Positions 46,965 to 56,347 of a stretch of DNA of 64,000 nucleotides are shown piece after piece; positions within the stretch are counted from its first letter, which is position 1; every line of letters begins with the position of its first letter. Below the pieces are notes generated by a model. The model was not told the DNA's origin and searched no databases. It saw only the letters and a program-made list of their open reading frames with translations. The position numbers and the translations under genes are program-made. This DNA comes from an archaeon GW2011_AR15 (GTDB lineage: Archaea > Nanobdellota > Nanobdellia > Woesearchaeales > GW2011-AR15): contig CP010425.1 in assembly GCA_000830295.1 (NCBI GenBank), forward strand, positions 1,038,952 through 1,102,951. The letters are read 5' to 3'.

Positions 46965-47441
46965 ATGAAGCATTCCCTCAAAACAGGCATCAGTTTTGGC
47001 TTAACTTCAGGAATAATCACCACTCTTGGGCTGATGGTCGGCCTGAATTCAGGCACTCACTCAAAGCTGGTTGTTATTGGAGGTATATTTACGATTGCCA
47101 TTGCAGATGCACTCTCAGATGCACTGGGCATACATGTTTCTGAAGAATCAGAGAACAAACATACTCCTGCAGAGATATGGGAGTCAACAATTTATACTTT
47201 CCTTGCTAAATTTGTCTTTGCCCTGTCCTTTGTTATTCCTCTCCTGTTTTTCCAGTTATCCACTGCAGTTATTGTCAGCGCAATCTGGGGTCTGTCTTTG
47301 CTGGGGATTTTCAGCATCTACATTGCCAAAGACCAGAAAACAAAAACCTGGAAAGTGGTGGCTGAGCACCTTGCTATTGCCCTGATAGTCATATTAATAA
47401 CCCATTATGTAGGTGAATGGATTGGCGTAATGTTTGGATAG
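46965..47441 (+). CDS. VIT-family membrane protein (membrane domain only)
   Basis: GLTSGIITTLGLMVGL and IADALSDALG match the family. About 5 TM helices are predicted. Confidence 0.68.
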   Translation: MKHSLKTGISFGLTSGIITTLGLMVGLNSGTHSKLVVIGGIFTIAIADALSDALGIHVSEESENKHTPAEIWESTIYTFLAKFVFALSFVIPLLFFQLSTAVIVSAIWGLSLLGIFSIYIAKDQKTKTWKVVAEHLAIALIVILITHYVGEWIGVMFG

Positions 47442-47449
47442 GCAGAGTA

Positions 47450-47959
47450 ATGCATAATTCAGAAATATTTATCAACATGGGGGGCTTCCGGAAATGTATG
47501 AAAGAGCATGGAAAATTCTTTTTTATTGTCCTGTTCATAGTTTCTCTTGACCAGCTTGTTAAGTTTGTGATAAGAGCATCTCTTACTTCTGAAAGCTCAA
47601 TACTCCTGGTCAAAAACTTTTTTTCAATAACCTACCTCCAGAATACAGGCATATCATTCGGCCTGCTGAAAGGGAACAATGCGCTCTTTGCAGCAATCGC
47701 TGCTGCTGCGCTCTTCATATTTTTTCATTTCTACAATAAAGAAAAAAAATACTGGCTCCAGTATGCTCTTATAACCGGCGGTATCATCGGCAACCTGATA
47801 GACCGGCTCTATCTTGGCTATGTTGTCGACTACTTTAATTTCCACTTCTTTCCTGTCTTTAATATTGCAGATTCCTCAATATTCATAGGCATAGCATGGC
47901 TCATAATCCTGTCGTTCAGGGACGCAAAGAAATATAAAGGAAAAAAGAAAAGAAAGTAA
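47450..47959 (+). CDS. lspA: lipoprotein signal peptidase (signal peptidase II) homolog
   Basis: LQNTGISFGLL and TGGIIGNLIDRLYLGYVVDYFNF..FPVFNIADSSIFIG include both catalytic Asp contexts. The start is uncertain (47450, 47477 or 47498). Confidence 0.8.
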   Translation: MHNSEIFINMGGFRKCMKEHGKFFFIVLFIVSLDQLVKFVIRASLTSESSILLVKNFFSITYLQNTGISFGLLKGNNALFAAIAAAALFIFFHFYNKEKKYWLQYALITGGIIGNLIDRLYLGYVVDYFNFHFFPVFNIADSSIFIGIAWLIILSFRDAKKYKGKKKRK

Positions 47960-47960
47960 T

Positions 47961-48752
47961 ATGGCTGACAAGAGAGTTAAAAAAGCGCAGGAAGCCTATG
48001 AAAAAGGCGACATTGAATCAACTAAGAAAGTTCATACAAAAGATGCAATAGAACATGCTGAGAACCACAAGACCGGGAAGCACCTGGGTGATTTTGTGTA
48101 TGGTGCACTTGACGGGATAGTAACCACTTTCGCAGTAGTTTCCGGTGTAGAGGGCGCACAGCTTTCAAGCTCTATTATACTTATCCTGGGTTTTGCCAAC
48201 CTGCTTGGCGACGGCGTTTCAATGGGTGTGGGGAATTACCTAAGCACAAAATCAGAGCTTGATTATATAAAGAAAGAAAGGAAAAGAGAGGAGTGGGAAA
48301 TAGAAAATTACCCTGAAGGAGAAAAAATGGAAATCAGACACATATTCCATAAAAAAGGCTTCAGGGGTAAAGATCTTGACAGAGCCACAGGAATAGTAAC
48401 TTCTGACAAAAAAATCTGGGTGGATACTATGATGACAGAAGAGCTTGGGCTTGTTGAAGAGGAAAAAACCCCTGTAATCAGCGGGCTTGCGACATTTACT
48501 GCTTTTGTCATTGCCGGATTCATACCTCTGCTTGCTTTTGTCTTGAAAATATTAATTCCAAGCCTCACTATAGACCTATTTATGGTTTCCATATTCCTTA
48601 CAGGCCTTGCGCTTTTTGTTGTAGGCGCAATGCGCTCACTGGTTACAAGATTATCCTGGCTGCGCTCGGGACTGGAGATGCTTTTTGTAGGCGGGATTAC
48701 AGCACTTGTTGCTTATGGCGTTGGATTCTTCTTAAGAGGCCTTGGAGTATAA
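47961..48752 (+). CDS. VIT1/CCC1-family iron/manganese transporter
   Basis: GALDGIVTTFAVVSGV and LGDGVSMGVGNYLS are present, and a cytoplasmic glutamate-rich helix bundle lies between TM1-2 and TM3-5. Confidence 0.85.
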   Translation: MADKRVKKAQEAYEKGDIESTKKVHTKDAIEHAENHKTGKHLGDFVYGALDGIVTTFAVVSGVEGAQLSSSIILILGFANLLGDGVSMGVGNYLSTKSELDYIKKERKREEWEIENYPEGEKMEIRHIFHKKGFRGKDLDRATGIVTSDKKIWVDTMMTEELGLVEEEKTPVISGLATFTAFVIAGFIPLLAFVLKILIPSLTIDLFMVSIFLTGLALFVVGAMRSLVTRLSWLRSGLEMLFVGGITALVAYGVGFFLRGLGV

Positions 48753-48927
48753 TTACCAGGTAAATATTGCAACTGCTACAAGTATTACACCTATAGAAAT
48801 GAAGATTATTGGGAGTAGATCCTCTTTTGGGATATTAATTGGTATATTTGCCATATAAAGATTAGAAGTTCTCCAGTTTTTAAATTTTTTGAATATATTT
48901 TTATATATGTTCGGTTTACCATACTTC

Positions 48928-49341
48928 ATGGTGACTATGGATGAAGCTGATTCAATTGATAAATTCATAAAGGATAATGGCTGGCCTGCTTTCTGCAGCA
49001 TGGTTATAGAGACAGGCAGACGGTTTCCTGAAAACTATTATGTAAGGTCCACGCATGGCCGCACAACAGACAGGATTACAATTGGAAGGCCTGCTGATTT
49101 TCCATTGGATGAAAAAGAGCAAAATATATATGCCCTCGCAAAAGAAGGAAAGATAGGAAAGGCTATAGTTGCAGGGCTGGAATTCATTGCTCTGGTGCAG
49201 GAGATGAGCAAAACAAGATACACTCCTGTTCTTGATTTAAGGAGATCCTTTATCAATGATGAAATCAGCTATGTTGTGCCGCCAAACTCCTCAGACCCTT
49301 TTGTCAAGAAATTGTACCAAACTCTCATCTCATTAGAGTAA
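48928..49341 (+). CDS. hypothetical protein
   Basis: The composition is globular. The start was chosen at the first Met beyond the overlap with the opposite-strand ORF. Confidence 0.42.
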   Translation: MVTMDEADSIDKFIKDNGWPAFCSMVIETGRRFPENYYVRSTHGRTTDRITIGRPADFPLDEKEQNIYALAKEGKIGKAIVAGLEFIALVQEMSKTRYTPVLDLRRSFINDEISYVVPPNSSDPFVKKLYQTLISLE

Positions 49342-49409
49342 TGATTGCTTTTTCTTTTTTATTCTATAAGAAACATTTAAAAGCAAAATGAATTTTCACA
49401 GACATAAAA

Positions 49410-49532
49410 CCCTCCTTAGCTCAGCGGCTAGAGCGTTCGGCTGTAGATGCTTATCTGACATGGTGCTAACCAAAGGATGAAAATAAGCCAGCCGTGACCG
49501 AAAGGTCCCCGGTTCGAATCTGGGAGGAGGGA
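49410..49532 (+). tRNA. tRNA-Tyr(GUA) with an intron of about 50 nt
   Basis: CCCTCCT TA GCTC AGCGGCTA GAGC G TTCGG CTGTAGA[about 50 nt]CCGAA AGGTC CCCGG TTCGAAT CTGGG AGGAGGG A. The C1:G72 pair is typical of archaeal tRNA-Tyr. Confidence 0.78.
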
Positions 49533-49570
49533 TTTTTATTTTTAGAAAGAAATTAAAAAAATAATGAAAG

Positions 49571-49990
49571 TTACTTCTTCTTTTTCTTGCCTAGCCTGGC
49601 ATCAAGCGACCAGTCTCCCGGGCCTGTCAGCATTGTTGAGACCGCTGTAGCCAGAAGCATGATGTCGTATGCTGATCCTCCTGCAAAATTAGCTGTAAGC
49701 TTTACCTTGATGATGGCAACAACCATAATCACTGAAACCAGCAGGGCTGCTACTCTTGTCCATAACCCAAGTATCAGGGCGATTCCGCCGAAAAATTCAA
49801 CTATTGCCACCAGCCATGCTGCATAGTTTGCCATAGGTATCCCTATAGTTGCAAAGAATCCCACAACATTATTAATGCCTGTAAGCTTGATGTATCCGTG
49901 CGCAACAAAAACCAGGCCAAGAACCACTCTCAGCACAAGAGGCGCATAGGACTTATTCTTTTCACACCATTTCTCGAATTTCTTTAACAT
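49571..49990 (-). CDS. DoxX-family membrane protein
   Basis: LVLRVVLGLVFVAHGYIKL is present, with four hydrophobic helices and a lysine-rich tail. Confidence 0.78.
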   Translation of the reverse strand: MLKKFEKWCEKNKSYAPLVLRVVLGLVFVAHGYIKLTGINNVVGFFATIGIPMANYAAWLVAIVEFFGGIALILGLWTRVAALLVSVIMVVAIIKVKLTANFAGGSAYDIMLLATAVSTMLTGPGDWSLDARLGKKKKK

Positions 49991-50128
49991 TTTATCACCC
50001 TTGGTATTAATTTATCTTGCACTGTCGAGATGATTTATAAACCTTTTGCTTAAAATGCACAACATTTAAATATATAGTCTGCTATATACCTTAACAGAAA
50101 TAGTTCTTAAAAAAAACGATGACCTAGA

Positions 50129-50266
50129 ATGAATTATTTTGATTCAACACAGTATCTGGAGCCGCGATGCGAAAAGTGCGGCATTGTGCTAGATTATGGT
50201 ACAAATACAGAATTCAATGAAAAGCTTATGTCCCAGGTATGCATGGTATGCGGAAACAAGCTCTAA
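50129..50266 (+). CDS. possible 45-aa zinc-ribbon peptide (below the ORF-track cut-off)
   Basis: Manual translation gives MNYFDSTQYLEPRCEKCGIVLDYGTNTEFNEKLMSQVCMVCGNKL, with two CxxC pairs. It overlaps the 3' end of the convergent gene by 4 nt. Confidence 0.3.
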   Translation: MNYFDSTQYLEPRCEKCGIVLDYGTNTEFNEKLMSQVCMVCGNKL

Positions 50267-51390
50267 ATGTAGTAGCACCCTTCAAGTTTTCTCTCTTTGA
50301 CAACCTCCTTGGCATCTTCATAATTAAGCCCGAGCCTTTCTTCTGGAGTGCTGTAGTCCGCAAGGTTATAGTTGTAGATCTTCAGCTTTCTGACAATATC
50401 CGTTTTGGGGTCAACATCATAGCAGATTACCTTATTCCCTATTTCAAGTATATTAAAAAGGCAGTTGTTGACAGCAGAGTTATTCAGCATGAAGTAGAAC
50501 TCTGACGCATTGTAAAAGTGGGTGGTCATGAGATGATGGTATGACTGCACAAATATTTTGAATTTCAGCTTTCCTTTCATTTCTTCTATGAATTCCCTCA
50601 CAGCCATGCTTGCGGGCCTGAATGCAAAAGGGTCTTTCCTCAGCTTGCCCTGCGTCTGGTTCAGCAGCAGAAGCTTGTTCACATAGCCTAGCTGCCGCCT
50701 TACAGTATTGAGCATATCTCTTGTTATTTTTTCCTGGAATTCTGATGTCGCATCCATTGCCCCTGAGCTTGAATTGAGCCCGGGGATAGCTGCAATAAGC
50801 AGATCTCCTGCAAGCAATGTGCTTCCGCCTATATAGACAAGTTTTTTCTGCTTCGGGTCTTTTATTTTAGAAAGAAACTCCTTGAAGGTCTCCCTGTAAT
50901 CCGACAGCAGGGCAATGCTTCTTATATATGTCTCTGGGACTTCAAGCAAGAAAGCAAGCTCATCAAGCACCCTGTAATGCAGCGGAGACTCATATGTACC
51001 GATGTTAAAGCATGTTTTTGCTATGGCTGAGAATTTCTGCAGTATGCTAAGCAGCTGCTCGTACCGGTGATGGACATACTCTTCTATATGCCTGGAAAGC
51101 TCCAGTTTCAGCTGCTCATCCTGGCTTGCCTGCTCATATGCGACAGAAATTTTTTTTAATTCTGCGTAATTTGGCGCTATATCCTGCAATACTTTTGCCT
51201 TGTCAAGCGAGGCGTCAAAAAGCTTTTTGTTGAAAGAATAGCCATATCCTTCCCTTATCTCATTTTCACCCAATACATCGCCGTTTATGATGATCAGGTC
51301 CAGCTTCCATGAAGATTTAGCCCTGATATAGTTGTATATGAAATCAATGTTTTCTTTTGTGTGGCTGTCAGAAATAATAGCGATTCTCAT
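50263..51390 (-). CDS. metallophosphoesterase-domain protein with a long unknown C-terminal region
   Basis: MRIAIISDSH...LIIINGDV are calcineurin-like motifs I and II. The remainder is unrecognised. Confidence 0.65.
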   Translation of the reverse strand: MRIAIISDSHTKENIDFIYNYIRAKSSWKLDLIIINGDVLGENEIREGYGYSFNKKLFDASLDKAKVLQDIAPNYAELKKISVAYEQASQDEQLKLELSRHIEEYVHHRYEQLLSILQKFSAIAKTCFNIGTYESPLHYRVLDELAFLLEVPETYIRSIALLSDYRETFKEFLSKIKDPKQKKLVYIGGSTLLAGDLLIAAIPGLNSSSGAMDATSEFQEKITRDMLNTVRRQLGYVNKLLLLNQTQGKLRKDPFAFRPASMAVREFIEEMKGKLKFKIFVQSYHHLMTTHFYNASEFYFMLNNSAVNNCLFNILEIGNKVICYDVDPKTDIVRKLKIYNYNLADYSTPEERLGLNYEDAKEVVKERKLEGCYYI

Positions 51391-51478
51391 TCCCCATCAT
51401 AACTAATATAGCTGATTCACTATAAATAACTTTGCACACAGAGCAAGATTTAAATTGGGCAGTTTCTTCCTTTAAAAA

Positions 51479-51778
51479 ATGCCGTTCGTAAAAATAGGAA
51501 AGACCTCTGATGTGCAGAACAGGAAAGGCAGGCTCTTTATTGTAAATGGAAACAGAGTAGCTGTATTCAATGTAAATGGTGAGTTCTTTGCAATAGACAG
51601 CAGATGCCCGCATCACGGCATTGATCTTGCCGGAGGCTACCTGAACGGCAAGATTGTAACTTGCCCGGGGCACGGCTGGGAATTTGACCTGGAAACAGGC
51701 GAAAACGTCATACTTCCGGTAAGTGTGAGAAAATACAATATAAAATCAGAAGGGGACAATCTTCTTCTAGAGATTTAA
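51479..51778 (+). CDS. Rieske [2Fe-2S] domain protein (NirD-like small ferredoxin)
   Basis: CPHHG...CPGHGWEF matches the Rieske cluster-binding pattern. Confidence 0.85.
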   Translation: MPFVKIGKTSDVQNRKGRLFIVNGNRVAVFNVNGEFFAIDSRCPHHGIDLAGGYLNGKIVTCPGHGWEFDLETGENVILPVSVRKYNIKSEGDNLLLEI

Positions 51779-51781
51779 AAT

Positions 51782-51808
51782 GGAGTGTGAGGGAATCCCT
51801 CACTAAAA
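51782..51808 (+). repeat. 27-nt palindrome-containing element, copy 2 (between the Rieske gene and rps8e)
   Basis: ggagtgtgagggaatccctcactaaaa is the exact reverse complement of 4024-4050, so it has the same sense as the minus-strand rRNA transcript. Confidence 0.85.
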
Positions 51809-51872
51809 AATCAATGCAAATTCCTTAACAAATACAATAAACTTTATAAAGACCTTATTTTTCTTTCAGGGT

Positions 51873-52253
51873 ATGGCATTAGACCAGCAGAGAAGCAGGA
51901 GAAAGGAAACCGGAGCCAGGTATAAAAGGCAGCATAAGAAGAAGAAGCACACAATGGGCAGAAGCCCAACCCTTACAAAAATAGCCTCAGATTCTGCAAA
52001 AGTGGGCATAAGGGTAAGGGGCGGCAGTGTGAAGACAAGGCTTCTCAGGACTGATTCTGCCAATGTATACAACCCTAAAACAAAGAAATACACAAAGGCA
52101 AAAATAATCCAGGTTGTCGAGAATCCGGGAAACAGGCACTATGTCAGGGCCAACATCATGACAAAGGGCACAATCATAAAGACTGACAAGGGAAACGCAA
52201 GAGTTACTTCAAGGCCTGGTCAGGATGGCGTAATCAATGCAGTTCTTGTTTGA
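51873..52253 (+). CDS. rps8e: 30S ribosomal protein S8e
   Basis: RKETGARYKRQHKKKKHTMGR...VRVRGG..K.RLLR matches the family. Confidence 0.9.
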   Translation: MALDQQRSRRKETGARYKRQHKKKKHTMGRSPTLTKIASDSAKVGIRVRGGSVKTRLLRTDSANVYNPKTKKYTKAKIIQVVENPGNRHYVRANIMTKGTIIKTDKGNARVTSRPGQDGVINAVLV

Positions 52254-52298
52254 TTATTTTTAAGTTATATTTATAAATAAAATAAAAACACCTAGATT

Positions 52299-53075
52299 AT
52301 GCCCGGCACTAATTTCCCGAATCCAATAATCTATGTTTTAGGTGATGTTTTTTCTGAAGCTGAGTTTCCAAATCTGCCTGAAAGGGAATTCCCCGCTTAT
52401 CTTTTTTACTGGCACGGCGACAAACTCCCTAAAAGGGAGCACATTGAAGAGCACAATCCTGTTGCTGTAATCAGCAGTAAGGATGTCAGCAACCTTGGAT
52501 TCTCCCTTGATACAATTCTTTCTCTCACCAGCTCCCCGGAGGAGGGGATAGAGCTTGCCAAAAGAGCAATGGATAATTATCCTGCAGTACTGGCAAAGTA
52601 CAGGATCTCTTTGCTGTCAGGGTTTGAGAAGAGCGAATTCGTGCCTCATGAGCCTATCTGGAAAAAATTATTGGGCAAAAACAGGATGCTAAGCTTTTTT
52701 GCCGGTGAGGATTCAGAAAAGTACCATCTTGCTGTATTCGGACTGTCTTTATGCTATTCAGGCTACAGCATAGAGGATAAAGAATTGGTGCAGAGGCCGG
52801 AAGAGGGTCGCACGCTGCTGCAGCCATGCGATACATGCAAATCAGCAGCTGACTACCTGCTTACAGGCGTGTTTGATAATTCTGACATATCAAAAGTGTA
52901 TATGCTGGAATGGCTGGGGAAAGCTGGCTTTGGGGTAAAAAGAGATGACTGGAACCTGGCAAGAAGGCAGGTAATTGCAGTTGAGCAGCAAAGACTAAGC
53001 CTCCTCCCTGAATTAGCCAGGGTATACGGGATACAGCATTTCCCTGCATATGATGCTCTGATGCTCAAAGGATAG
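52299..53075 (+). CDS. hypothetical protein (258 aa)
   Basis: The ORF is clean. I recognise no family. Confidence 0.5.
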   Translation: MPGTNFPNPIIYVLGDVFSEAEFPNLPEREFPAYLFYWHGDKLPKREHIEEHNPVAVISSKDVSNLGFSLDTILSLTSSPEEGIELAKRAMDNYPAVLAKYRISLLSGFEKSEFVPHEPIWKKLLGKNRMLSFFAGEDSEKYHLAVFGLSLCYSGYSIEDKELVQRPEEGRTLLQPCDTCKSAADYLLTGVFDNSDISKVYMLEWLGKAGFGVKRDDWNLARRQVIAVEQQRLSLLPELARVYGIQHFPAYDALMLKG

Positions 53076-53107
53076 TCTTTAAATATTCTGTTTTCTTAAA
53101 ACAATCC

Positions 53108-53785
53108 ATGCTCAAACAGATATATGGCAGACTCTTAGCTGAGTATGGTGCTCAGGGATGGTGGCCTGTAACAAAAAAAGAAAAGCCGGAATACTCAGGC
53201 GGGCCAAAAACAGAAAAACAGCAGCTTGAGGTCATATTTGGAGCCATCCTGACGCAGAACACTTCATGGAAAAATGCTGAGAAAGCCATAATTGAGCTAA
53301 ATAGGCGCAGGCTGATTGATATAGACCGAATGCTTGAAATTCACGCTGACAAATTAGCCCTGGCAATAAAATCTTCAGGATATTTTAACCAGAAAGCAAA
53401 GAAGCTGAAAAATGTTGCCGCTCTCCTGAAAAAGCACCCTTTAAAAGAACTGGAAAAATTGGAGATAAAAAAATTGAGATTGCTCTTGCTATCTGTAGAA
53501 GGTATCGGGCCTGAAACTGCTGATTCCATTATACTGTATGCGCTCAGAAAGCCTGTGTTTGTGGTGGACACATATACCAAAAGAATATTCTCCCGGGTTG
53601 GCCTGATTGATAAAAAGAGGGACTACGATGACGTGCAGAGGTTTTTCCACTCTAAACTGAAGAAAGACGAAAAGCTGTTCAATGAGTATCACGCCCTTAT
53701 TGTAGAACATGCAAAGAGATACTGCAGGAAGGAGCCGCTGTGTAAAAATTGCATTGTGAATTCATTCTGCAAAGCAGCAAAATAA
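53108..53785 (+). CDS. endonuclease III-related HhH-GPD DNA glycosylase
   Basis: FGAILTQNTSWKNAEKA is present, with the HhH motif VEGIGPETADSIILYAL, VVDTYTKRI and the C-terminal Fe-S loop CRKEPLCKNCIVNSFC. Confidence 0.85.
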   Translation: MLKQIYGRLLAEYGAQGWWPVTKKEKPEYSGGPKTEKQQLEVIFGAILTQNTSWKNAEKAIIELNRRRLIDIDRMLEIHADKLALAIKSSGYFNQKAKKLKNVAALLKKHPLKELEKLEIKKLRLLLLSVEGIGPETADSIILYALRKPVFVVDTYTKRIFSRVGLIDKKRDYDDVQRFFHSKLKKDEKLFNEYHALIVEHAKRYCRKEPLCKNCIVNSFCKAAK

Positions 53786-53867
53786 CTAAATAACTTCAAC
53801 TCAATTTAAAGCCTACAAAAGGTATATTAAACTCATATGCTTCACCATTGAAAAGAAGGTGAAAACT

Positions 53868-55964
53868 ATGAGAAAAACATACATTATCGGGCTCATTTTA
53901 GTATTAATCTTAGTTGCATCATGCACCAGAACCGGCCTGCAGACAACCGACGAACTGAAAAAGTTTGAGTCAAGGCAGGAAATTATTGATTTCCTTGAGG
54001 CAAACCAGGCCTATAATTATGGCAGCAACAGCTATGCATTCGGAAGGGATCTCGCTGCTCTGGGAGCTGCTGAATCTGACGGTGCAGTAAAAACTGCCGC
54101 TCCAAGTTCCGGGCAGGCCGCATCGGACTATTCAACCACAAACATACAGGTTGAGGGCGTTGATGAAGCTGACTTTATCAAGAATGACGGGAAATACATA
54201 TACATAGTAAGCGGCACCAACCTTATCATTGTTGATGCATACCCTGCTGAAAATGCAGAGATTATATCAAAAACAGATATAGAAGGGTATCCGACTGAGC
54301 TTTTCCTGAATGATGACAAGCTGGTGGTATTCACCCAGGTTGACAGTGAAACATATATCTTCCCTGAATATGACATACTTCCAATGCCTTCCTACAAGCA
54401 GAACACAAAGGCAATTGTCTATGACATAAGCGACAGGGAAAATCCTGAAATAGAAAAAGAATACGAGCTGGAAGGCTATTATGTAAACTCAAGGATGATC
54501 GGCGACAATGTCTATCTTATTGTTCAGGAGAATGTCTATTACTATGACGGGTTTGTTGACCTTCCTGTTGTAAAGGAATCTTCAAGGATAATAGCCGAGC
54601 CTGACATCTATTATTTTGATAATCCTGAAGATAATTACAACTTTAACACAATCATGTCTTTCAATCTTAAATCCGGGGAGACGGATGCAGAGACATTTAT
54701 GATGGGCTATGCAAACACAATCTATGTCTCAAAAGACAATATCTATGTGACTTACCAGAAAAACCTTCCTTTCAGGTATTATGAGGAAAGCAACAGGGAC
54801 AGGTTCTATAATGTGGTTGTTCCATTGCTCCCTGTAAGCGCAAGGACTGAAATAAATACGATAAGGAATATGGACATAAGCGACACTGAGAAGTGGAGCA
54901 GGATTTCCAATGTGCTTGAAGAAATGTACAGCGATATGGATGAGGACGACAAGCAGGAACTTGTTGAAGAAATAGAGGAAGCAGTGAATGAGTATGAAAT
55001 AAAGCAGCAGGAGGAGAGGCAGAAAACCGTTATCCACAAAATCGGGATTGACAATGGAGATATAACCTATGAAAGCAGAGGAGAAGTAAAAGGCTACCTT
55101 CTTGACCAGTTCTCAATGGATGAGCATGAAGGCAATCTGAGAGTTGCAACCACATTCAGCACATGGCTTAGGGATGGCTCTGTTACCTACAATAATGTAT
55201 ATGTGCTTGATGAAGACCTTGAGATAATAGGCTCAGAAGAAGAGATTGCGCCTGATGAAAGTATCTACTCAACAAGATTTATGGGAGACAGGCTTTACAT
55301 GGTCACTTTCAGGCAGATTGACCCGTTCTTCGTGATTGACCTGTCTGATGCAGCAGACCCTGAGGTGCTAGGATATCTGAAAATCCCCGGATTCTCAGAT
55401 TACCTCCATCCTTATGATGAAAATCACATAATAGGCGTAGGAAAGGAAACAGGAGAGAACGAGTACGGCCAGACAACAGTCAAGGGCGTGAAAATAGCTT
55501 TGTTTGATGTATCTGATGTCTCCAGCCCTGAATTGGTTGACATGTATGAGATAGGAGAGCAGGGAACAGATTCAGAGGCGCTGTATGACCACAGGGCATT
55601 CCTGTTTGACAAGGAAAAGGGCCTTCTTGTGCTTCCTATAATGGAAATGAAAGGAAAACAGGAATACGACCCAAGGATGGGCTACTACAGGCAGGACACA
55701 TGGCAGGGAGCCTATGTCTTTGATATAGACGAAAACGGCTTTGAGCTCAGGGGCAAAGTCTCTCACGATGAGGCTCTTGATTATTACTATGACTATCAGA
55801 ACACTGTAAGGAGGTCATTGTTCATGGATGACGTGCTCTACACAGTTTCCATGAAAGCAATCAAGATGAGCGACCTTGAAAGCCTTGAACTGCTGAATGA
55901 GGTTGAGCTTCCGTACACTAAGTATGATTACGGAAGGCCAATGCCATTAGTAGTTGCAGAATAA
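53868..55964 (+). CDS. secreted beta-propeller-domain protein with a lipobox-type signal peptide
   Basis: The signal sequence is MRKTYIIGLILVLILVASC. The motif TNIQVEGVDEADFIKNDGKYIY is typical of the secreted C-terminal beta-propeller family. Confidence 0.78.
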   Translation: MRKTYIIGLILVLILVASCTRTGLQTTDELKKFESRQEIIDFLEANQAYNYGSNSYAFGRDLAALGAAESDGAVKTAAPSSGQAASDYSTTNIQVEGVDEADFIKNDGKYIYIVSGTNLIIVDAYPAENAEIISKTDIEGYPTELFLNDDKLVVFTQVDSETYIFPEYDILPMPSYKQNTKAIVYDISDRENPEIEKEYELEGYYVNSRMIGDNVYLIVQENVYYYDGFVDLPVVKESSRIIAEPDIYYFDNPEDNYNFNTIMSFNLKSGETDAETFMMGYANTIYVSKDNIYVTYQKNLPFRYYEESNRDRFYNVVVPLLPVSARTEINTIRNMDISDTEKWSRISNVLEEMYSDMDEDDKQELVEEIEEAVNEYEIKQQEERQKTVIHKIGIDNGDITYESRGEVKGYLLDQFSMDEHEGNLRVATTFSTWLRDGSVTYNNVYVLDEDLEIIGSEEEIAPDESIYSTRFMGDRLYMVTFRQIDPFFVIDLSDAADPEVLGYLKIPGFSDYLHPYDENHIIGVGKETGENEYGQTTVKGVKIALFDVSDVSSPELVDMYEIGEQGTDSEALYDHRAFLFDKEKGLLVLPIMEMKGKQEYDPRMGYYRQDTWQGAYVFDIDENGFELRGKVSHDEALDYYYDYQNTVRRSLFMDDVLYTVSMKAIKMSDLESLELLNEVELPYTKYDYGRPMPLVVAE

Positions 55965-55969
55965 TTTTT

Positions 55970-56314
55970 TTATTTCTTTTTTGCTTTGCTTAAACTTTCC
56001 AGTTCAGCGGGATTATATTCCTGGTGAATCTTTTCATAGAGCAATTTTACAAATGAATCTTTATAATTGACTTCTTCTTCCCAGTCTTTATAAAACATGC
56101 CTGGCGCATTTACTCGAAGTATGGTGTATCCCCTTCCAAGAAACCCTTTCCCTATTATTGTTGCTGAGAGAACACCTTTTTCGTGGTTTGATCTGATATT
56201 TGATCTGTATTGAGAAAATCTCTCTTCTTTTAGCAGCTCATTCAAAGCTGTTTCAAAATCCTCGGTCTTTACAACATTACCCTTAAGAAGATCAACTAGT
56301 GTTGTGCTACCCAT
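55970..56314 (-). CDS. hypothetical protein (114 aa)
   Basis: The ORF is clean. I recognise no family. Confidence 0.5.
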   Translation of the reverse strand: MGSTTLVDLLKGNVVKTEDFETALNELLKEERFSQYRSNIRSNHEKGVLSATIIGKGFLGRGYTILRVNAPGMFYKDWEEEVNYKDSFVKLLYEKIHQEYNPAELESLSKAKKK

Positions 56315-56347
56315 AAAATCTTACAGTATTATCGTATATTTAAATTT

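Noticed and set aside
48753-49001. An 82-aa minus-strand ORF after VIT1, with a possible 33-aa tail-anchored peptide starting at MANIPINIP.
   Set aside because: The long form overlaps a more protein-like plus-strand ORF. The short form is plausible but has no supporting signal beyond one hydrophobic helix.
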